Shown: in pieces, positions 58,997 to 64,000 of the stretch
Position numbering within the stretch: position 1 is the first letter of the stretch
How the letters are laid out: each line of letters begins with the position of its first letter
From: Candidatus Bathyarchaeota archaeon
Lineage (GTDB): Archaea > Thermoproteota > Bathyarchaeia > Bathyarchaeales > Bathycorpusculaceae
NCBI GenBank assembly: GCA_963833575.1
Contig: CAWHXY010000006.1
Coordinates: 64,001 to 128,000 of the forward strand
DNA: 64,000 bases
Reading direction: 5' to 3'
Made by a program: the position numbers and the translations under genes
The notes under the pieces: generated by a model
Databases searched by the model: none
Told to the model about the DNA's origin: nothing
What the model saw: only the letters and a program-made list of their open reading frames with translations

Positions 58997-59863
58997 CTAG
59001 TTGAATTCTTTTCTTTCGAAGAATATTAATCCTATGATCGCTGTCACGACGAAGTATATTGCCATGATTGCGAGGCCTTCGGGAATGGTAGCGTAGAATG
59101 TGGTGGTTGTGGTGGGTTGTCCCCTGAAGCCTATGCCCGTAGTTGTAGTTGAATGCGGTGGGTAAGGCGACATTAGAACATTGCCGATTATGTTTGCGCC
59201 GTAGTTGATGAGGAACCATGGTTCTATGTGAACAAGGGCGACGATTAGTTCGTTTAGCAGTGTAAAGACAAACAGGAATAGGATTGCTGTTACGAGAATA
59301 GACATGGAGCTGCTTTTAAACAGTGAGCTGAAGAAGAACGTGAACCCCAAAACTGCAATCATATAGAATAGGGCAAATAACAAGGATTCAGCGAATTGAT
59401 AAGGTACACCTGAAAAGTAGTATAGACCATTTCCTACTGTTACCGCTGTAAAGATACCAAGCATAACAGCAGATGCGATGAAAGCTGCTAACCATTTTCC
59501 TACGTAGATAGATGAGCGCCTGATTGGGTTTGGAACGCCGAAGTACCCTGTTTTATTTTGGAATTCTCCTGATATTGCGTCTCCTCCGAAGAAAATTGCT
59601 GACAGCACAACTACGAAGGTAACAGTATTTCCCCACCAGCCATTATAGAAGCCTAGTTCAGACGCAAGAAAAGCATCTGGGCGGTAGTATCCCACAAGGA
59701 CTGTTAGAAGCACGCTTATCAGTGCCGTTATGATCAGCATTATGAAGAATCTGCGGGACCGCAGGTAGTCTAACAGTGTATACTTCATTACTGTGCCCAC
59801 TTGGGCCATACTACTTGGCACTATGTTCTTAGATTCAAAATTTGTTTGGGTCATGTTTATCAC
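58997..59863 (-). CDS. ABC-2 transporter permease
   Basis: DAISGEFQNKT and PIRRSSIYVGK motifs with six TM helices. Confidence 0.88.
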   Translation of the reverse strand: MINMTQTNFESKNIVPSSMAQVGTVMKYTLLDYLRSRRFFIMLIITALISVLLTVLVGYYRPDAFLASELGFYNGWWGNTVTFVVVLSAIFFGGDAISGEFQNKTGYFGVPNPIRRSSIYVGKWLAAFIASAVMLGIFTAVTVGNGLYYFSGVPYQFAESLLFALFYMIAVLGFTFFFSSLFKSSSMSILVTAILFLFVFTLLNELIVALVHIEPWFLINYGANIIGNVLMSPYPPHSTTTTGIGFRGQPTTTTTFYATIPEGLAIMAIYFVVTAIIGLIFFERKEFN

Positions 59864-60801
59864 AACGTCGCCGTTATTAGTTTCAGATATACTTCTTCAA
59901 GTTCAGATGAAGCAGCTTTGTAGCTGATTACGCCAATATTCAGTTTGATTAGGTCATTTAGCAAGCGTTCTTGCACATCTAAGCCGCCGTCGAAGATTAT
60001 TTTTAGGTTTTTGTCATCGGTTTTTTCTGCTTTAACAACAGATGGCAAAGCTGCAATAGTTTGAGTTACTATTTTGTTATCTAGTGGACGGGCTAATCCG
60101 ACTTCTACCACGTTGTTTCCGCCTGAAAACTTGGCGGTCACGTTTGAAAGAGTGTCGTAAACGATTAGTTTGCCGTGGTCTATCATGGCTACTTCATCGC
60201 AGACATCGGAGACCTCGCTTAGAATGTGTGAACTCATGAAGATGAGTCTGTTTTTGCCTTTGAGTGATTTGATTATGTCTCGAACTTCGCTCATGCCCCG
60301 GGGGTCAAGTCCCGTCGTGGGCTCATCTAATAGGATAATCGATGGGTTACCAAGCAACGCAGAAGCAATGCATATTCTTTGTTTCATCCCCTTGGAAAAT
60401 CTGCCAACTCTTTTGTCAATCCATTCTTCCATATGCACTTCAGCAACAACTTCTTCCACCTGTTTCTTTCTCTCCTCAACAGATACCCCGCGAATTTCAG
60501 CAATCATGCTTAACGCTTCTCTAGGAGTGAGTGAGGCGTAAATTTCGGGGGTTTCAATAAGTGTGCCGACGGTAGCTAAGGCTTTTTTCTTTTCAGTATG
60601 CACATTAACTCCGTTAATCAAGGCTTCACCTTTGGTCGGCCTGATTAGGTCAGTGAACATTTTTAGTGTGGTTGTTTTTCCTGAGCCGTTAGGACCTAGG
60701 AAACCGACGCATTTTGCTCCCTCAATCTTTAGATTTAGAGATGAGAGTGCGGTGAAAGCGCCGTATTGTTTTGTTAAATTAACAGCTTCTATTGATGGCA
60801 T
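59860..60801 (-). CDS. ABC transporter ATP-binding protein
   Basis: GPNGSGKTT, FSKGMKQR, LLDEPTTGLDP and SSH; start probably at the ATG at 60801. Confidence 0.93.
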   Translation of the reverse strand: MPSIEAVNLTKQYGAFTALSSLNLKIEGAKCVGFLGPNGSGKTTTLKMFTDLIRPTKGEALINGVNVHTEKKKALATVGTLIETPEIYASLTPREALSMIAEIRGVSVEERKKQVEEVVAEVHMEEWIDKRVGRFSKGMKQRICIASALLGNPSIILLDEPTTGLDPRGMSEVRDIIKSLKGKNRLIFMSSHILSEVSDVCDEVAMIDHGKLIVYDTLSNVTAKFSGGNNVVEVGLARPLDNKIVTQTIAALPSVVKAEKTDDKNLKIIFDGGLDVQERLLNDLIKLNIGVISYKAASSELEEVYLKLITATL

Positions 60802-60871
60802 TGCTATCTCTTCTTGGCAACCGTAACGAAGCTCCTGCTTAAAAGGAGTACTCACTCCGAGGGAGTTCTGA

Positions 60872-61168
60872 TCATGTTCGTAAACGCAATCTAGGAAATT
60901 TTAATTGGCCCACGTACTTCATTATCCACTGCACTAAATCGTCGTACGCCTCTGCTCCTGCCTTAGTTAAAACAACTGCTCCGTTGTTATCATTCTCAAT
61001 AAACCCTTTCTCGGACATCCACGCCAAATATTTAACCAACTTATCATATGCAAGCCCCGTAGATGTGGCAAGTGCGGTTTTGTTCATTTTATTTTTCTCT
61101 TTCAACGCCTTGATTATTCGGGCGATGACGTAGAGGTCAGGTTTGGAACTCTGCTCTCCTAAGTTCAA
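60872..61168 (-). CDS. Small winged-HTH regulator
   Basis: KTALATSTGLAYDKLVKYLAWM..KGFI...LTKAG. Confidence 0.85.
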   Translation of the reverse strand: MNLGEQSSKPDLYVIARIIKALKEKNKMNKTALATSTGLAYDKLVKYLAWMSEKGFIENDNNGAVVLTKAGAEAYDDLVQWIMKYVGQLKFPRLRLRT

Positions 61169-61880
61169 GGCTAAACCACCGCAGCTCCCAAAGGAGCTTA
61201 TCTAATGCTCGAATTTCGCTGTAACGTCTTGAAAGATCATTTCTCAAAATCAAATAAACTATTAAAATCGAAAGCAGAGCCCAAATGAAGCCTCCGAATA
61301 AACCTGCTTTTCCAAGAATAATAAAAGTTAAAAGATTACCGATAAGCCCTAATGCAAAAACCATGATAATCCAGTAAGCGGCTGTTTTGAGCAATCCATA
61401 TAAAGCATAACCGACTCGTCCGGATGAAATTTCATCAAACGTTTCATCCCAATCCATATCCAACAAAATTTTTAACGCAGAAGGAAAGCCATGCGAAAGC
61501 TCTTCTTTCCATAAACCTTCTTTGATAGAATTTGTTTGTCTTCTAATGAATAGAACACCAGCTACAATTCCTGCGATTGGAACTATAAGCAAAAGAATTG
61601 ATGTCAAAAAGATTTGAGGTCGATCAAGCGTAACCACCAGGTTTAAGAAACCCAGCGATGCCCCAAGAGCAAGAAAAACAGCTATGGAACTAAGAACGAT
61701 TAAGGCAAATTTCTTAAAAGACCTAGCTAAGGCGTTATATTTTTTTACGTGATCAAGAGTTTCCATTAGCTCCGCAACTTTTGCGACGACACTTTCCTCT
61801 GTAAGTACCAAGTTTGCGACATTTTTGTCAGACATAAACGTCATCTGAAGTTTTATAGGAATCTTAAGGTGCCAAAACAA
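61137..61880 (-). CDS. Four-TM membrane hypothetical protein
   Basis: Four hydrophobic helices; first gene of the membrane protein-wHTH-ABC operon; start uncertain. Confidence 0.8.
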   Translation of the reverse strand: MFWHLKIPIKLQMTFMSDKNVANLVLTEESVVAKVAELMETLDHVKKYNALARSFKKFALIVLSSIAVFLALGASLGFLNLVVTLDRPQIFLTSILLLIVPIAGIVAGVLFIRRQTNSIKEGLWKEELSHGFPSALKILLDMDWDETFDEISSGRVGYALYGLLKTAAYWIIMVFALGLIGNLLTFIILGKAGLFGGFIWALLSILIVYLILRNDLSRRYSEIRALDKLLWELRWFSLELRRAEFQT

Positions 61881-61985
61881 TAAAGTTCCCTATAAAGGCA
61901 AATATAAACTGAACTCCCTCCGAATGAGCAAGAAATACCTACTGGTGTCCCGCTAAATAAATTGAGACAAAAGGAAGGATAGTTT

Positions 61986-62318
61986 TTGGATTCAGGCTAC
62001 CTGAAAATTGCTGAAAAATCAGAAATCCCAATTGGAAAAATGAAAAAGTTTGTAACTCAAGGAAAAGAGATTTTGATAGCAAACGTTGACGGAAACTTCT
62101 ATGCAATGGGCAACATTTGCACTCATGAACGGGGAGATCTCTCACAAGGTACATTGGAAGACAATATAGTAACTTGTCCAAAGCACAAATCAAAATTCGA
62201 TGTTAAGTCAGGAAAAGTTGTTTCTGGCCCAAAAATGTTGTTATTTCATCCAAAAATAGCAGACGAACCATCTTTCAGTGTGAAAATGGAAAATGACGCC
62301 ATTTTAGTCAAATTTTGA
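61986..62318 (+). CDS. Rieske [2Fe-2S] ferredoxin
   Basis: CTH and CPKH..KFD Rieske motifs. Confidence 0.92.
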   Translation: MDSGYLKIAEKSEIPIGKMKKFVTQGKEILIANVDGNFYAMGNICTHERGDLSQGTLEDNIVTCPKHKSKFDVKSGKVVSGPKMLLFHPKIADEPSFSVKMENDAILVKF

Positions 62319-62468
62319 TTCTTTTACATACAACGTCTTCATTTTTCTATTTGCACTTGGCGAAAGTATTTTAACTCAACGTCTTTGTATTTGGAAACAT
62401 TGGATGGTGCACAAAGTTGATGAGTATAAAGATTGAGTGCTTCTTAGAGTTTAGGTAGGTTTTTTGTC

Positions 62469-63011
62469 GTGCCCATTCAGAGTGCAACAGAGTATGTTGT
62501 AATGCGGATTTTCCGCTTGTTTACCAAGCTGCCTTTAAGGGGAATTATCCATTTGGTTTCGCAGCAAGGGAATTTTATGGATTATTTTAAGGGCTTCGAG
62601 AAAAACCGTGCTGTTCGAGGAATATTCGGTGAAGAAACTGAAAAAGTTCTTATGAACTTGAAGGTGGATTTCATCTGGTTTGGCTATATGGGCGTCAACG
62701 ATGATGACGGCCACTTGATGGTGAACAAGCGTTACTTAAGTACTGGACGCAAAGAAGATGTCTACCTTGACGTCATTCATGAACTTTGCCACGTGAAACA
62801 GCACATGGAAGGCAAAGAGCTCTTTGACCCACGCTTCGACTACGTGGATAGACCAACAGAAATCGAAGCCTACCGTTACGCGGTGCAGGAAGCCAAACGC
62901 ATCGGGTTAAGCGCTGCAGAAATTCGTGTGTACCTTAAAACTGAAATGATGAGCACTCAAGCTTTAGAAAAGCTGATTAAGAACATGCGCATAAACGTTG
63001 AAGAACCCTAA
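62469..63011 (+). CDS. Hypothetical protein with HExxH zincin-like motif
   Basis: IHELCHVKQ and P.EIEAY; start uncertain. Confidence 0.75.
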   Translation: MPIQSATEYVVMRIFRLFTKLPLRGIIHLVSQQGNFMDYFKGFEKNRAVRGIFGEETEKVLMNLKVDFIWFGYMGVNDDDGHLMVNKRYLSTGRKEDVYLDVIHELCHVKQHMEGKELFDPRFDYVDRPTEIEAYRYAVQEAKRIGLSAAEIRVYLKTEMMSTQALEKLIKNMRINVEEP

Positions 63012-63088
63012 TTTTCTCTTTGAAAATCACATTAGATTCAACATATGCTTATCATTTCAAGTATTTTACATATTTTAAAAAAGAGCTG

Positions 63089-63259
63089 TGGTGGGGCCGG
63101 CCGGATTTGAACCGACGACCTTTACCCAAGAACCGCGCAAAGCAGTTCTTTACGGGTTTCTCTAGACACGCTCCAGAATTTCGTCATTCCCATGGAGGGT
63201 CAGCAAACCCGTTGCTTGCTTCTGGAGCCCGTCGTCATACCTGTCTAGACTACGACCCC
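63089..63259 (-). tRNA. tRNA-Trp(CCA) with two introns (37/38: 63158-63221; 43/44: 63122-63151) and encoded CCA
   Basis: Acceptor GGGGTCG/CGGCCCC, anticodon stem ACGGG/CCCGT, loop CT-CCA-GA, variable AGGTC, T arm GTCGG-TTCAAAT-CCGGC, 3' ACCA. Confidence 0.92.
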
Positions 63260-63365
63260 ACCTAGGCACGGCAATTAAGTGAAACTGCAACAATAAAAAT
63301 ATAACCGTTCCTGAATCAAGATGAGGCATAAATAAATAAGTCTAAATCACTGAAAGAACGGTTCT

Positions 63366-64000
63366 ATGACAGCCGAGATTGATTTTGACGCATTATTGCA
63401 GGAAAAATGTAAGTTTCGAGTTGTCTCAATAAGCCACCTTGCAGATTTGCAGCGTAAAATCGAAAGCCTCATAGAGCAGGGACAACTCGACATCGAATTC
63501 GCCCAGCAATACATGTTTCGATTCAAGTTTACTCCTCCTGAAGAGTTAAAAAATGCGAAATCCGTTATCGTTGTTGCCATGCCCAGACCGCCCACAAAAG
63601 CGATTTTTAATTGGAATGGAAAGAAAGAAGCCTTCATTCTGCCTCCGACTTACACTGCTTATGATGAAAAACGTCTTTTTGTTGAACGTCTAGTTGCGGA
63701 GGCGGTTGGTATTGAAGGTTACAGGATTGCTACGCCTAACTTACCTCTTAAGTTGCTTTCGGTACAGAGTGGCTTAGCTAAGTACGGTCGGAATAATATT
63801 GCTTATGTTTTGGATATGGGAAGTTTCATGCGTTTAACTGCTGTTTACTCGGATATGCCTTGTGAAAGCGACCAGTGGCATGAACCTGAAATGATGAAGG
63901 AGAGCATTAACTGCAACTTGTGCCAAAACTCTTGCCCAACCGGAGCCATTTCTAAAAATCGTTTTTTGCTCAATGCAGAAAAGTGCCTCACTTACCACAA
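63366..64000 (+). CDS. QueG-like 4Fe-4S double-cluster protein (3' truncated by window edge)
   Basis: Open frame from the ATG at 63366: AKSVIVVAMP, LPLKLL..SGLAKYGRNNIAY..GSF and CNLCQNSCPTGAI...AEKCLTYH. Confidence 0.85.
   Translation, partial: MTAEIDFDALLQEKCKFRVVSISHLADLQRKIESLIEQGQLDIEFAQQYMFRFKFTPPEELKNAKSVIVVAMPRPPTKAIFNWNGKKEAFILPPTYTAYDEKRLFVERLVAEAVGIEGYRIATPNLPLKLLSVQSGLAKYGRNNIAYVLDMGSFMRLTAVYSDMPCESDQWHEPEMMKESINCNLCQNSCPTGAISKNRFLLNAEKCLTYH

Overview
Archaeal chromosomal segment, most consistent with Bathyarchaeia (TACK). This is an inference from gene content: fibrillarin-Nop5, ATP-dependent ligase, NreA, archaeal TpiA, TFS, several TrmB regulators, PEF-CTERM-type secreted proteins and a two-intron tRNA. 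The window is mostly housekeeping genes (mgtA, nreA, lig, trxA, nikR with a NiCoT permease, nadA, galT, glycogen debranching enzyme, tpiA, rnhB, flpA/nop5, pyrB, mdh, tRNA-Trp). An accessory island of secreted and surface proteins lies at about 10.8-18.3 kb. The most striking observations are: (1) a 751-aa ArsR-type wHTH + ATP-cone + class III ribonucleotide reductase fusion in which the catalytic Cys and glycyl-radical Gly motifs appear lost, a candidate nucleotide-sensing transcription factor built from a dead NrdD; (2) a tandem GTTC-N8-GAAC palindrome at a similar distance upstream of four secreted-protein genes, a candidate regulon; (3) a tRNA-Trp with a C/D-guide intron at 37/38 plus a second BHB intron at 43/44; (4) a degenerate repeat that punctuates the accessory island; (5) a candidate structured sRNA upstream of nop5; (6) unannotated microproteins, including a LysW-like one, and a minimal kinase-like ORF. 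All family calls come from motif recognition by eye; no database searches were run.
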